From Lytechinus pictus (taxonomy: Eukaryota): DNA of 64,000 bases. How positions within the stretch are numbered: position 1 is the first letter of the stretch; the number at the start of each line of letters is the position of its first letter. The stretch covers positions 24,862,001 to 24,926,000 of the forward strand of contig NC_087252.1 in NCBI RefSeq assembly GCF_037042905.1, read 5' to 3'. Below the pieces are notes generated by a model, which saw nothing but the letters and a program-made list of their open reading frames with translations, searched no databases and was not told where the DNA came from. The position numbers and the translations under genes are program-made. Positions 26,558-41,167 of this stretch are shown piece after piece.

Positions 26558-28691
26558 GTGAGTCTGAAGTTTTATTTATTTCCATAAGCTAAGTTGATAT
26601 TTCTTTCATGCATTATTTTTATCTTTCCCTCCCCCTCAATCCCCTCCGTCCCTCCCCCCTCTCTCTCTCTCTCTCTCTTGGTCAGTACGTCCATCTAATT
26701 CTTCAAGTGCCCAGTACCCGTCTGAACAGGGGATAGAGCCTTTTCGTCAATTGCTCCTCGTCTTTAAAATTCTCTGCCAATCCATGAAACTTTGTGATAT
26801 TGCAACAACATCGATCGATCGAGACCTCCGAATAAATAATAAAAAATGCCAGGTGGGTGGATATACACATTGGTGTTAAGCATGCTAATATAGGGAAGGA
26901 ACAGATAATTAATCACATTATTCTTTTAATAAAATATATGATCTTTGTTTACAGCAGGACTTAAAAAAGACCACCAAGTCCCAACGAAATTAAAGAGAAG
27001 ATATTAGAAAATGAACGTGAAGAGAAAATTTTAGCAGTAACGCGGGGTAAATTATCAAACCATATAAGGAAATGGGAACATTTCCTTACAACACCTACAA
27101 GAGTATAAAGGCGACAGAGCTCACGAGATTATGTTCGTTCATTATGGTGTTTTTCTTGTTTCAAACGGGACGCGGGCATCGTATGCAAGGGCGTATGGAG
27201 TGTGTGAGTGTTTGAGGGTGTGAAGTGTGGGGGTTTGCGGAGGGAAGGGGGGGGGGTGGGTACGGAGGGGGCAGGTACAACGCATATACTTTTATAAGTT
27301 TTTTTCTCTGATATTTGTTTGTTAAACTCATCTGGTAGTGGTACGATGCAGTGTCTTAGAATATTATTTCATGATGTGCATAATGTATACGAGTTTAAGA
27401 GATTATTTTGTTCGAATCATTATTTACAATTATTACTTTGTAAACTGCATTGTATATGAAATTTGATTTGAGAGAAAAACAAAACATCTTGAAAAAAAAA
27501 AGAATCTGAACTAAAGGCCCATCTTTTCCAGCGACTTTGGATAATGTGTGACATATTGGGGGTGGGGGGCGCCTTTGAATGTTTTTTTATTATTTTTTTT
27601 AGATATGCTTTTTTTACAGATGAATGGCGCTATACAAATGCTGTTCATCATCGTCGTCATCATCATCATCATCACATCATCAACGACCCCATCATATCAT
27701 CATAGTCCCCATCATCATCATCATCGTCATCCATTTATCTGTCCCTCTTTCTCTCCTCTCTCCCTCTCTCCCACCCACCCCCATACACTCTCTTTTCTCT
27801 GGTCATTTGCCCCTTTTCACGCTTGTTCTTTTAAATCATAGGCGAGAGGCTTTATCTTTGACGAAACAAAAGATTATTACGATATGATTATTATGAAAGA
27901 AATCTGGAAAAGTAGAGCTCGAAAGGTAATAATCGGAGGGATAAATAGTCTGAAACATTATTTTCTTATTCAAATTCCAGGGCACGAGTTTCTGATTTTT
28001 TTTTATCTAAAAATTGTTTAATTATGAATAAATATATGACTTTTCAAATTGCAAATCTGACAAAAACAACGTAATATAAACATTATTTAAGTATAAACAA
28101 GAACAAATAATCAAAATGCAGGGGTAACATAATCAATTAAATGCGAGACATTTCGCAGCGTATTGCATTTCTTCCACTGTAGGCCCTACAAGAGATCTAT
28201 AGTAATTGAATATGCATAGTCATTATCAAGAACCAAAGTGGGCGTATGATTTACTTGAAAAGAGGCATCGTTATATTGACCTGAACACTATGAATACTCT
28301 CCTTTTCATCTGATTATTTTTAATGCTATTCATTACTCATTGTGTAAGTGACTTTGAGGTTATTTTCATAAAGACCTCAAGTTACCAAAATATGTGAGTA
28401 AACAAAGCCGCCCTTTATATCCGCCTATCCATTTTTTAGCCTCTAACGCTTCCCCCTCTCTCCCTCTCTCACACACACACATATCCACACAAATCCCCCT
28501 CTTTTATTTGTATCTGCTTTTTACGCTCTTAATCTCCCCCTCTCTTTCTCACACACACGTACATACCCACCCCCACCTACTCTCCCTCTCTCACCATGCT
28601 CACACTCGATCAGCCCCTAGTCTGCTTTTCAAAAGGGTCTGAATGTGCAGCCTACTCAGCCCCTCCTCTCCCTCTCTTTTTCCTTCCCCTT

Positions 28692-28733
<42 letters not shown>

Positions 28734-28949
28734 AAGACATATACTAGTACTTCCCTATATCTTTTCACTTTTTTTGTATTCATTGAATTAGTTTGTTACT
28801 GTTCATGCATAACCGAATTCAAACGCTTTATTGCTATACGAGATTATTATGGTGGCCCTGAAGGGACATCTCAATGAAATTCCTTAAAATGATACTTTTA
28901 TATCTAAAAAAAAAAGCTTACTTGACTGAGCCCCCAACCCTCTATGTAT

Positions 28950-31900
28950 TTTAATAATAATTAATATTAAATGACTAAATGATTTGCAGGAAAACAGAAA
29001 TCAACCAACATGTATTATCATTGCATCCCATTTTACATCAAGCTTCAACATAACTTTACATAATTATTCACACATACACACACCCACCTTAACACCCATA
29101 CACACATGCACATACCATGCATACGTAAACAAACATAATGTATACAAATCTGCATATGAACGTTTAACGTTTTGGCGAAACAGGATACAGAAAGAAAAGA
29201 ACCTGCAAATCATATTGATACAAGAGAAGGGGAAATTGAAAAGAACTAGTAAAAAGAAAAAAAAAAAGAAAATCATCAACATTCACACCAGGATTCACAC
29301 TCGCACCACACTAGACACATCCCACCTGTTCACGTTCAAATCTCTTTTCACTTTCAGTTCATCCCATTTCTGTAAATGTAAACTTAACTTGCCTGACTTC
29401 GTTGCCAGGCGACTTTTTTTCTTCTATACAACCCGTAACATATTTGTGTATTTTAATGAATGAAGGTACCCGGCCTTCAGCTCTGGAATTAAAAATTGCA
29501 TATTTAATAAAAAGAATAACAGAATTGACACATTTAATTCTACAAGAATTTCCAGGTAATCCTAAGAATATTTCCCTCCAGTTCAAAGTTCTTAATTCAG
29601 CTAAACAAAAATGATCAATACAAAATTGCCACAGAGGTTTCACTTTTATGCAATCCATGAGTATATGAAAGTACGATTCAGTTTTTGTACAACAAAACGA
29701 GCAATAATTATCTCCCACGAAACCAAATCTCATCAAATGTTCTTTTGTAAATATTGCTCCATGTAAAAGCATAAACTGAAATTCCATTTGTTTTCTTATA
29801 AGAGTTGTACTCCTGATATATCCAAATAATTTACAAATTTCTACATCAGTAAAATTAAAATCACTGTGACCATCCTTGAGTGTTAATTTGCATAGGTCTT
29901 GTAGATTGGTAATAAACAAGTTATATATTGTTTTTTATTTAATTACTTCAAAAGCTGTTTCCTGTTTTCCAATATTCATACTTATCCCAAAGTCTACGAA
30001 ATCAATTTTTTTTAACTTTATTGAACTATTAAAATTTTTCCAACTTAATGGTATAACGTGCACAATATCTGTTATTTGGAGAAGTTGATTTGCGGTAATA
30101 CCGAGATTTTGAAAAAAAAGTCACAGGCTTCAAGTGGCCATTATCAAAGATTTGATCAACGCTAAATATTCCTTTATTGAAAAGATCATTGTCAAAAATT
30201 GTTTTACCTTTTATACAAATATGTTGATTATTGAATACAATAGGGTTAACCTCCTCTTCAGAATGACGATATTTCCTGAAGTCTTGCCAAGCCTTCATCA
30301 TTTCTGAATAAAATTGGGGTATTTACATATTTAATTTTGAAGTGTCAAAGTAACATAGAAACAGAAATCTCCCCCCAACTGATCGAAAACAAAAATCAAA
30401 ATACAACTTCCATCCTGCATCCCGTTCTCCGTAAAGTAATCGTTTAAGCCACATTAAACGTTGAGACTTTACAAACAACTTAAAGGGGAAGTTCACCCTG
30501 AAAAAAAGTTTATTGTAAAAATAGCAGAAAAAATAATAAAAAATATTGCCGAAGGTTTGAGAAAAACTCATCAAATAATTAAAAAGCTATTAGAATTTCA
30601 ATTATTTGATTTGTGACGTCATATGCGAGCAGCATTCCTACATAGCGAATGGTAAAAAGTCAATGAAATTTCATTTTCTCCGAAAATTGAAAATGGTTTT
30701 TACTATACCTTTTGTATATCAATAGACAAATCATTTCACACCCGATCATGAATAGAAAACAAAAATAAGTCATCAGGAACCATGCAAAATTTGAAATTCA
30801 TGCATTTTATATAACATAACACATGGGGCAGCTGCTCGTCTATGACGTCACAAATCCCAAACTTCGAACTCTAATAACTTTCTTACTCTTTAACGGATTT
30901 TCCTCAAATCTTCACCAATATTTTTTACTATTTTTTCTGCTATTTTTACAACAAAGTTTTCTTCAGGGTGAACTTCCCCTTTAAAATTCATAATTTTTAA
31001 ACCTCCTTGTGAGTAATCCTGGTACATTATAATTCTCTTTATCCGATCTTTTCCTGACCATAAAAATTCAAATGTGATCTTTTCAACCTCAGCATACAAC
31101 CACTGAGGAACCACTATTAAGTGTGAGATCCCTTTGTTTCCACCATCCCAACAGTCTTTTTATTTTACTAAGTATTTCTTTGTAATTCATGTCCTCTTTT
31201 ACTATAACATTAAGAGAAAAGTAAACGCCTAAAATTTTAATATGCTGAACAAAATTCCCAAACAACTGTGTCTGAGGTCTGTCATTATCCCGACCCATCC
31301 ACAAATTATTAGTTTTTCCTTTGTTTATTTTCAGACCACTAATTTTCTCGAATTCTTCAAAAAGGTACTGAAGACGTTCTAAAGAGTGTGTATTTTTTAC
31401 AAACAATGATATATCATCAGCATACAAAATTTGCTTTATTTCATGGTTCTGAAATTGAATTCCTTCAACCTTTCTATCTTTCCTTATTGCCAGAGCAAGT
31501 ATTTCAATACAGAGCAGAAACAAATATGGGGAGAGGGGATCCCCCTGTCTTACCCCTCGCTTTATATTAAAATATCCGGAAGAAAACCCCCCATTCATAA
31601 CACTACTAGTAAAATCCGAGTATAAAACACGGACCCACGAACAGAATGAGTGCCCAAATCCAAATAGTTTAAGGATTTCAAATATTAAATCATGTGAAAC
31701 AGAATCAAAGGCCTTTTCGAAATCAACAGTGATTAAATATCCAATATTTTTAAAATTAGATTGATATAACATATCATCTATTAATCTTACACCATCTCCA
31801 ATGTTCCTATCTTTTACATAACCAACTTGATCATTGTGAATTATCTCATTTAGTATACCTTTTAATCTTTTTGCTAAACCTTTGACAATATTTTGTAATC

Positions 31901-33700
31901 CACATTTAAAAGTGTTATTGGTCTAAAATGTTTGACATATAATGGATCTTTATCTTTTTTTCTAATAGCGTTATCACACCTTGCTTTTGTGAGGTTGTCA
32001 GTGTTCCCCTTTCATATGTTTCATTTAAAACATCTACCAAAAGTCCTAATAAATTCCAAAAAGTATAATAAAACTCTACCGTAAAACCATCGTTACCAGG
32101 GGATTTATTATATTTCATTTCTTTTAAAACACTTAAACATTCATGAATACTTATTCTACCTTCACATATATTACAACTTTCTTTATTTAATTGAGGAATA
32201 TCCTTAAGGAACAAAAAATTTTCATTAACAATAGCTTCACTCAGTGAGAATAAGTTTTCATAATACGTTCCAATCTTCTTCAATATTTCCTTTCTATCCT
32301 TAATGATATGATCATCGTCATCATATAATTCTTTTATCACACTTTTCCGTTTATTAGACTTCAATAACTGTTCAAAATATTGTGTTTTTTGTTCTCCTTC
32401 CTCAAACCAAACTGTCCTTGACCGAATGTTTAAACCTTGTCGACTATAATCATATAACTTGTTCAAATTAGATTTTTTTTCTCATCAATGTCATCAATTA
32501 TATTTCTCAATGGCTGAGACAAAAGTTTATTTTCTAACTCTTCTATTTCTTTCTATATTTTTTTAATTTTTATTTTTTTCTGACCTTTGCCTTTTCTTTT
32601 GTATAAGTATTAATAAACTGTCTCATTCTCATTTTCAAGAAATCCCATAACAGTAATTTGTCCTTTATCTTTGGAATCCATTCTGCTTTTAATTCAACTA
32701 CTTTATCTTTAAACATCCTAACAAATTCTTGATCTACGCACAAACTGTTATTGAATTTCCAATAAGAATTCCCAAAGTCTGGAGCATTTACATAGTTTCG
32801 TAATTGAAGCAGTACACCTGAGTGATCTGGTGTAATTGATGTCGAAATAATGTAGAGGAAACGAACCAATAATCCAACCGACTTTGAACGACCGGCCACT
32901 TTTGTCTAAATGTGAATTGTTTTTTTTCTGGATTTTTTTTTCTCCATATGTCTACTAAAAATATTCTGTCCAGGAGGTCTTCCAACTCCGGAACTATAAA
33001 GCTTTGAAATTCAATTTTCCAATTCATCTAAAAATTCAATTTGCATCTTTTCTTTATCCCTAGTGGGAAAGTAACAATTCACTAGTAAAAAAGTAGATTG
33101 CTGATATTCTAATTTCATTATAATATATCTTCCATTTTCGCCAATACTCACATTTTTAATTTTCATATTTATTTGGAGAAATCAAAACTAAAACACCTTT
33201 ACTATGATTTGTTCCGTGACTGAACAGTAATTGACCATTCCACTCTGATTTCCATTTTTCTTCCACTGACCTCTACCGTACTATATGTTTCCTGTAAAAA
33301 TACTATATTACTGCCTTTATCTCTGCAAAATTCAAAAATGTTTTTCCTTTTAATTCTATCTCTTAGCCCTCTGACATTTAAAGTTAATAAAGTAAAATAC
33401 GACCTACTATTGAAGCCTAAAAAACCCTATCCCGAAAAATATGCAAATGAAATAGACCAAGTAACAGATTTAAATGTGAACAGGCATAACCACGCTCCAA
33501 ACAACAATCACTCACATTCACTGGATCGACCACACGAAAGACACTCCCATTTATACCAGACACATACATACACCCAACACCAAGTACATGCCAATCGAAA
33601 CACAATTACACTATTCATCAAAAAGTACAGACACATGTAAAGAACACACATACTTAAAAATAGCCTTAAACATAGAGAGAGCTCCCTTCCAATTCACATT
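28950..33700 (-). mobile_element. Decayed Tx1/L1-clade LINE (APE endonuclease + reverse transcriptase ORF2, frameshifted)
   Basis: TLNVRGL...IVFLQET near 33400; SRLDYW; KSPGNDG; DFEKAFDSV; GVRQGDPLSPYLF; YADD; C-terminal CSFC...HILMDC. No ORF1 seen; outer boundaries approximate. Confidence 0.93.
30484..30980. mobile_element. Kolobok-type element (AGGGGAAGTTCACCCTG family) inserted in LINE ORF2
   Basis: TTAA TSD and perfect terminal inverted repeat; removal restores the LINE frame (GLKIMNF-KLFVKSQRL). Confidence 0.92.
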
Positions 33701-34649
33701 TAACAAATTCGTTAGGAAATATTTTCCAAGTAAAACATAATAACCCTTAAAAACATAATAACTCTCCCCCTCTCTGCTTTTCATCCTCTTATAGCTCTCC
33801 CCCTATAGCCCTTCTCTCTCACATATATACAAACCCACTCCTACTAGCCCTCCCCCGCCCCTCTTCTCTCTCTATCATTTTCCTCTACCTACCCCCCCTC
33901 TCTTTATATCAATCTTATTTCTTTGCCATTCTGTTGCATTCATTGAATAAATTAGTTTGCGCAGTTTAGTCATAACCGGATTTAAATCCTCCATTGCCTT
34001 TTCATGATTACACAACCCTTACCATGTTTACCATACAACGGTTGTTCAATAGTTTTGTACAGTGTTGTTGTTGTCATGTATTCATATTCGAAATACTTTA
34101 TAAAATACTTGAAAGTTATTAGAAGGAATAAATGCTTTGAATTGAATAAAATAAATGTATATAATTACAACTGATGATTAGCAGAAAGTGTGAAAATGCG
34201 TAATTAACGGAAGCGAGAAAAACTATTTTGGATAGGATGTTGTGTTATCATTCCACTTTAATTCCTTAACCTAGCAAATCGATAAAAATAAATAATAAGC
34301 ATAGATCACCATTCCATTTTCTTTGTTATCAGCATTATTAATTTTAGAGTTATTATTATGATCGACATCATCACCATCACCACCATAATTTTCATTACAT
34401 GATCATTATCATGTCTAAAATTAATATTGGTTCGATTTTGACGAAGATAAGATAAAAGATAATCATCAATGTCATGCGACTATCATCTTCATTCTCGTTA
34501 TTATCTTTATTATGATCAGTTATGTTAAGACGAAAACCAATTGATTTTTAAGCAAAATGTATCATAAATGGATAACCCTTCAGGATTTTGGCTGAATTCG
34601 AAATTTATTCTGTTCTGTTTTTTTATTGGTTGGACACATACATGTATAT

Positions 34650-34920
34650 AGGCCCGTATTCTGAAGTCAGCTTTAACTTAGACCACGGTCTAACTCTGTG
34701 CTAAAATCATGGGAGCCAAAAATTCAAAATTTCTGTCTATATTGTATATGTTTCTTATGTTTACTATTTTGTTTCCTTTTGCTTTCATAATGAAAAAAAT
34801 AATATTTCAAAATACTTCAGTTATCATTCCCAGACAATTGTGAACAATTCAAGTGTCATATGAGTTAATAAATTGAATGTGTACTGCATGTTAGTGATTT
34901 GTGCCTCAATTGGCCATCCA
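34650..34920. mobile_element. Truncated copy of the AGGCCCGTATTCTGAAGTC MITE
   Basis: Aligns with the left two-thirds of 45239-45551. Confidence 0.7.
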
Positions 34921-37900
34921 TCATATTCCATATTGGAAAAGTAGTACTAGTACCAGTTAACGTTCAACGATGTTGATCTTATTTAATTTTTTTCATCAAT
35001 CGTGACTCTCCATTCGGCCTTGCGGTCTCATATGCAACAACAACAAAAACCCGTATACAGATTGAAAAGAAAACAACACTGAATAGGTTGAGCCTTGTAT
35101 TCATTGTTCACAGATTGAACGTTGTGAGTACTCATAGGTTCTTGATGTGAGCTAACAATGCCAACAATAGCTTTCGCTCCTCCTTATCCTTGTATATATA
35201 AAACCACTGCCAGTAAATAAAAACTAGGGTTTTTTTCTCTCGTTTCCCTTTTCTTCAGACTTCTTTTAAGGCATAGGTTAACGTTTCAAAAGTATTATAT
35301 GTTGTTAAAATACTGTACTTTGATTCATGTTGAGTTCAGTTATATATCATATTATTCATATGAATGAAAAAAAAATACACATGAAGAAAAAATATCAGAT
35401 TAATTTGTGCAGACACATTGGAGGTATTTCTGACCGAAAAATCATCATGTATTGAATCTTCTGTGGAGATTAATATCGCACATGTCAGTGTATTGGATGA
35501 CATTAAGAGGGTGTTTCCGGTCACTTTGAATATATCACCTATTATCAATTATTTTTTTCTGGGCTTTATTTCTATTACAAGCTTATTTGCAGAACTAATT
35601 GCAGCACAGATTTGTTTATATAAAGTCAAATAAAAATTGACTTAAGCAATAAGAGTAGCTATTATTGTTTCACATCTTGGAGTAAAATGTTCCGAATAAA
35701 GGCCATGATGGGTTTGATGTTGCATAGTTGTGTTTACGTACTGTTCCCTATTGGAAAGAGTGCATTGTTACACAGTGTCTTATCAGTGTGTATAAATGAT
35801 CGGTGTGTTCATAGTGTGTTCACTGAGTGTGTCCATCGTGTATGTTCACGGTGTGTTGCTCAGTGTACTGATTCACAGTACACTCTTGGTGCGTTCACAA
35901 TGTCCCTGTTTACAGAGTGTCATCATTTAATGCTAGGTATTCAATAGCCTTAATCGCAGTAAAAGCTGAATCACACATGCTTTACGGGATATCAAAAATA
36001 CATGGTAAGAAAAATACAGAGACAATTAGAATTATTGACATACATTTGCACAGTAAATTATTGATAAAGATGAATAAATAAAAGGAGATTACATGTGATA
36101 GATTGATGAAATTATTCATAATAAAACTTTTAAAAACACGATAAGCCAAGCATGTTTGTAAATTAAACGTTATTTAAGAATGTTCAAATTATTTCAGTTG
36201 TGATTTTGTAATATTTGTTAAGCACACGTACTAGATTAGGGAGGGCACTGTCTCTTAATCTGTTTGTCTTGTATTTGAATTCTGTATATTTGTTTGCATT
36301 TCGAAGAAAATTATTACTTCTTTGAGGGGGTAACCAAGACTGACATAAGTTATGTAAGTCCACAGTATATATTCAGTGTGTTTATACATGCAGTGCGTTC
36401 ACATATAGTGGACCTTATGTGAATATGTCATACAAACTGTTAAATATGCTCAAATTCCACGGTGTGAAGGTGATTCCATATTGTGGACACCTCACTTTGT
36501 CCGAGAGAGAATGAGCTAAGGAGGAAAGGCGGGAGAATATCAAGACACCTTGTAGGCACTAGAGATGTGGAAAGCTTTTCGACGAAATACTAATTCAAAT
36601 GAAATATATAAATTTAATGTAGGCCAATTTGTTTGAAATTATTATTACGTTGGCGAGAGAAATCGGTCCATTCTTTATTATTTTATTCACTTACAAAACG
36701 ATTCGCGTTGGAGGCTAAATTGTACTACACAGTATCTGTTACAAATACTTGTCCTTTTTAATGTCCCGGGGCGTTATTTATAGATTATTTACCATGAATA
36801 TCGAGAGTGAATTTCGATAAGCTCTTTTGATAACATGTTTATGTCCAGGAAATAAATATTTTGTGCAATACACATGCACTTATGATTTGACACTTCCTTA
36901 ATTACGCGACGGTGAGGATCGAGGGGGCATGTACATTTTATTTATCTATTTCTCGTAGAATGATATGCCCTCGATCAAATGCCCTCTTTGAGAAGTAAGA
37001 ATGAAATTGGTTTCTTTCAAAGTGATATTCCTTTTTTGGCTTCTCAATTTTCAAAGAGAACAAAAAAGAACCTTGGTGCGATGTCCTTTTTTTTAGGGGG
37101 GGGGGTTGATGGCCCCTGTTCCAAAATCATTGATCCATGTCTATTTAAAGATCACTGAACCGTTCTCAACATATGTTCTAGCACAAAAAAAATCATACAA
37201 ATATCATAATTATATTAGCTATAGGTTATGAAAAAAGTAAAATGTATATGGTTGCGAAAACATTTTCATGGAGTATTTAGCAATGATGTTTTTCAAAATG
37301 GTGCTACAAAACGTTTCTTGCAATCTTTGAGATGTTATTCCAATGATTAATAAATACTAAAAGTAGGCATTTCTATTGAAACATTTTGAAAACTGTTTAG
37401 ATCAAACATTGAAAAATTTGATGAATTCGATATCATTTAATATTATTTCAAAAATCCTTCGAGGCCTTTCGGAAACGTTATAATAACATTATGTGCCAAT
37501 GGGGCGGGAAATACCAAAATAAATCAAATAGATTATAAAGCCCTTGCAGTCTAGCCTGCATTATGCAATCAGTGTCAACTTTGTGACTTTAAACAATTTT
37601 TTTATAATTTCCCTACCCTCTATTACCCTAGATATATGATTGCCACTCGGAATGATGACTATGTCAATTCATTACTAAATAAGATCGACTGTTTTGCTTC
37701 TTATGGTTTATGTAAGATTATACTGAGAAGGTACTACAGGCAGATTTATTCAGGCATTGTAATTATAGCCATATCATAATTGTTTTATTGTTGATAATTT
37801 TGATATACTTGTCAGTATGGACTGCAGCAAATACAAACTTCTCCTGCCGGGCTGAAAATCTGGAGAATCAATAAATTGATTACAACGATGTCCAAGTTTC

Positions 37901-37981
37901 ATACTTTGGTTAGGATTTTATGTTGACATCAGGCCTGGTTGACACCACCAACAGCATTCCTGTCGGAAAAGTGATGCATCA

Positions 37982-38238
37982 CATCACATGACTGGGCTGA
38001 TAAAACCTCGTATCTCAAAATTTAAATATTTTGATGACAGCTCAGAATAAGCTAGATTTTGGAGTTATAACATTAGTATCAACATTCTTTTGCCTCAATG
38101 GTTTGATTCTTCTGCACAGGTATCAGGAGACTGTTTTCATACAATATGAGACTGGCAGACTGCCACCATTCCTTTTTTTTGAAAATACAGCCTTGCTAAA
38201 CTTTGAGATACGAGGTTTTATCCGCCCAGCCACGATAT
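37982..38238. mobile_element. TIR MITE (unclassified)
   Basis: CTGGGC(T/G)GATAAAACCTCGTATCTCAAA inverted at both ends. Confidence 0.7.
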
Positions 38239-38339
38239 GCCACACATTTGCAGGTGAGACGTGATTCTTTCATCAAGGGCATAAATGCCTACGCGACGAT
38301 TGAATCCCTACTCCACTCAATATGGTCGAATTCCTATTA

Positions 38340-38830
38340 TCATTCAACCACGACACTTTCACACAAACACAGTCACCCAGCCTCCAAACACCCTCCTACG
38401 AATTCACAGAGAGACACACAACCTCCAAACGCACAAAGACTGATACACACACACACCTATCATCCACAAAAATGGACGTCCACCCACCTCTCCCACACAC
38501 AGCCAAACACACCCACCCACCCTCCAAACGCACAAAGACTGATACACACACCCATCAACCACAAAAACGGACACCTACCTACCTCCCCCACACACAGCCA
38601 AACACCCTCGCACACACACACACACACACACCCTCAATCCACACAGACATCCATCTATCATCCACAAAAAACACCAAGCCACCCTCCACACACACCCACC
38701 CACCCACACTTCATGCAAACACCTACGCACACTTCCACATACACACACACGCACACACCTCATACATCAGTAACACTATTTTGTGGTATACACACTCGAA
38801 GCACGAGTTACTCCCACTTCTCTGCTCGAA
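38340..38830. repeat. CA-rich low-complexity region with about 100-bp internal duplication
   Basis: CCTCCAAACGCACAAAGACTGATACACACAC occurs twice (near 38422 and 38521). Confidence 0.75.
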
Positions 38831-39744
38831 GCATAAAAGGCGAAAATGGACAGCCTCTCAGCAGGTTCTTTGCAGATCTTAATTTTTATTTAAAAAAATT
38901 ATGTAATGAGAAGGCATGATGGTATATAAATTATATTGCATCAAATAGTTCTTCATTCAGCCTACTAGTACTGACAATTTATTAATAAAACTCTAGGCAT
39001 AAAAAACATATAACTTCAATGTCATATGAATAGACATGAAGTATTCATATGAAAGCACTTCTAAGAATATTGCATCTATATTTACCTCACTTTGTCTACT
39101 ATTTTGTTCCTTCTGAAGAGCCTCAAAGCCTGTAAGCTGTACAGATTATTTATTTGCAAAGTTTGGATTTGGATTGATATTGCTAGATGTACTAAAATAT
39201 TGCCTCCTAAAACAAGTTGTTTTATAGATGCATCTAACATCTTCAAATTAACCTTTTTTAAATACCTTGTTTTTTCAGCCTTGCTTAAAAAAAGACATGG
39301 AAGCCTTTTCAGTCTTAAAGGTCTACCTTGCAAAATCCTTTTATATATAACTCGGATATGGATAATTTATACAGATTCTTTTCAGACACTTTACGCTGTT
39401 TATGATATATACTGGCTGTTTTGCGTTTTTTGTTGAAATGCAGAATAAAGCAAAATTAAGCAAACATTTGCAAAGTTTTACAACAGGAGACAATATACCA
39501 AAACCTTGATTAGAGTTGAAAGTCAGGAAGACAGATTCAGACAATTTCTTTTGTGTCAATTTGCTAGTAAAGGAATGTCATAAAAACTTGGAAAACAAAG
39601 TTGATATCTACAGGATACAGTAACTAATAACATTACCGAGACAAATATTCCTGTAGCTGAAATTTGAATAACACAGTAATCATTAAATGGAAAAGGATAT
39701 CATGATCCAAAACCTTTTGTAAAATAAGGACGTTGAACTAATAC

Positions 39745-40157
39745 TACAGAGTACCGAAGTGATGACGTCACAAAAAACTTTTTTGCATTTCAGCATTTTT
39801 TTATACCATATTTTGGTAGAGCACGATGAAAAACCCCCACAACCAAAATTTGGTGAGAATCGGTCCATGGGGGCCTGAGATATGACCTCATGAATACATA
39901 ATTAGCCCCAATGAAGTCAATGTATTATTGGCCTGGTTCCTAACTTTAAGAACCAGACCAATAATACATGTAGGCCTACATTGACTTCAATGGGGCTAAT
40001 TATTTATTCATGAGGTCATATCTTAGGGCCCCATGGACCGTTTCTCACCAAATTTGAATTGTAGGGGGCTTGTCATCATGCTCTACCAAAATATGGTATA
40101 AAAAGCGCTGAAATGCAAAAAGTAAAAATCGATGACGTCACATTTCGGTACTCTATA
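39745..40157. mobile_element. Palindromic MITE (TA(C/T)AGAGTACCGAA ends)
   Basis: About 200-bp inverted arms with subterminal TGACGTCA. Confidence 0.82.
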
Positions 40158-40987
40158 ATTTACATTATTCAAATCTTACAACTGCAGAGCGGCATTCGGT
40201 GGAAGTTCATATAAAGAGTAAAAATTTAGAATAGTTTATTATCGCATATTATATGAAATGCATCATTACTTCAGGGTCTAACAAATGTATTGATGTACAT
40301 ACATTTACATGTGTGTACTTTGGTAAGGTTGGTAAAATAGTAATATTGCTATTGATGTTTATAGTCCCCCTCCCCCTATATTCACCATTTCTAGAATACA
40401 CAAATGTATAAACCATAGAGATATGCACAATATACAAATTATATGTACATGTACATGAAAGACAGAAATATACTTTTGATTTATATCAACAAGGTTTTGT
40501 TCATATTTTGACATTTATCATTATGGAATTATGGAAACACACTATAATAATTCTAATTAATAGTATAAAAGTACAAGTAAATAAGTATACCCTCAAATAC
40601 CATGTAGTATGTACTGCAATATCATTAAACAAGATTTGATACTGAAGAAATGTTAGTCACAATCATCAAATTTTATTTCAAATTCATTGGTAATCATGTA
40701 CACTGTCATTGGTCATTGTTATTAGTAGAGTTACTAAAATAGCATGGGCTACACAACATAGCCCTGTGGGATCCCTGTGGATCTGATTTAAATTTGATTA
40801 AGAACCTGAGAAATGATTCCAAAGAAGTCCTCAATGATGATCAACAAATAAGTGTGAAAGTAACTTAAAAATTTCTGATGGAAATTTAGGATATTTGTGT
40901 TTAATGTAGAAATGAAAGCATTCTATCTTAGTCAGCCTTAATACAGATCCATGAAATTTAGGGTAGACAGGTCTGTCATTGATCATA

Positions 40988-41167
40988 CCTGGTGGCTGTT
41001 TCATAAAGCTGTTTGTAAGTTAAGAGCGACTTTAAGAACGACTGGTAATCCTTTCTTGTGGTAGATGGTATATTGAATTGGCGATGGTTTAGCGCGTAAG
41101 ATGGGTTCACCAGTCGGTCGTAAAGTCGCTCTTAACTTACGAACAGCTTTATGAAACGGCCACCAGG
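40988..41167. mobile_element. Harbinger-like palindromic MITE
   Basis: CCTGGTGGC(T/C)GTTTCATAAAGCTGTT... inverted over about 60 bp. Confidence 0.8.

Noticed and set aside
38203-38919. 238-aa and 186-aa His/Thr/Pro-rich ORFs
   Set aside because: Translations of CA-rich low-complexity DNA with no splice support or domains.
39082-39620. Cluster of 70-114 aa ORFs on both strands
   Set aside because: No recognisable motif or consistent exon frame; probably sulfatase 3' UTR or downstream DNA.
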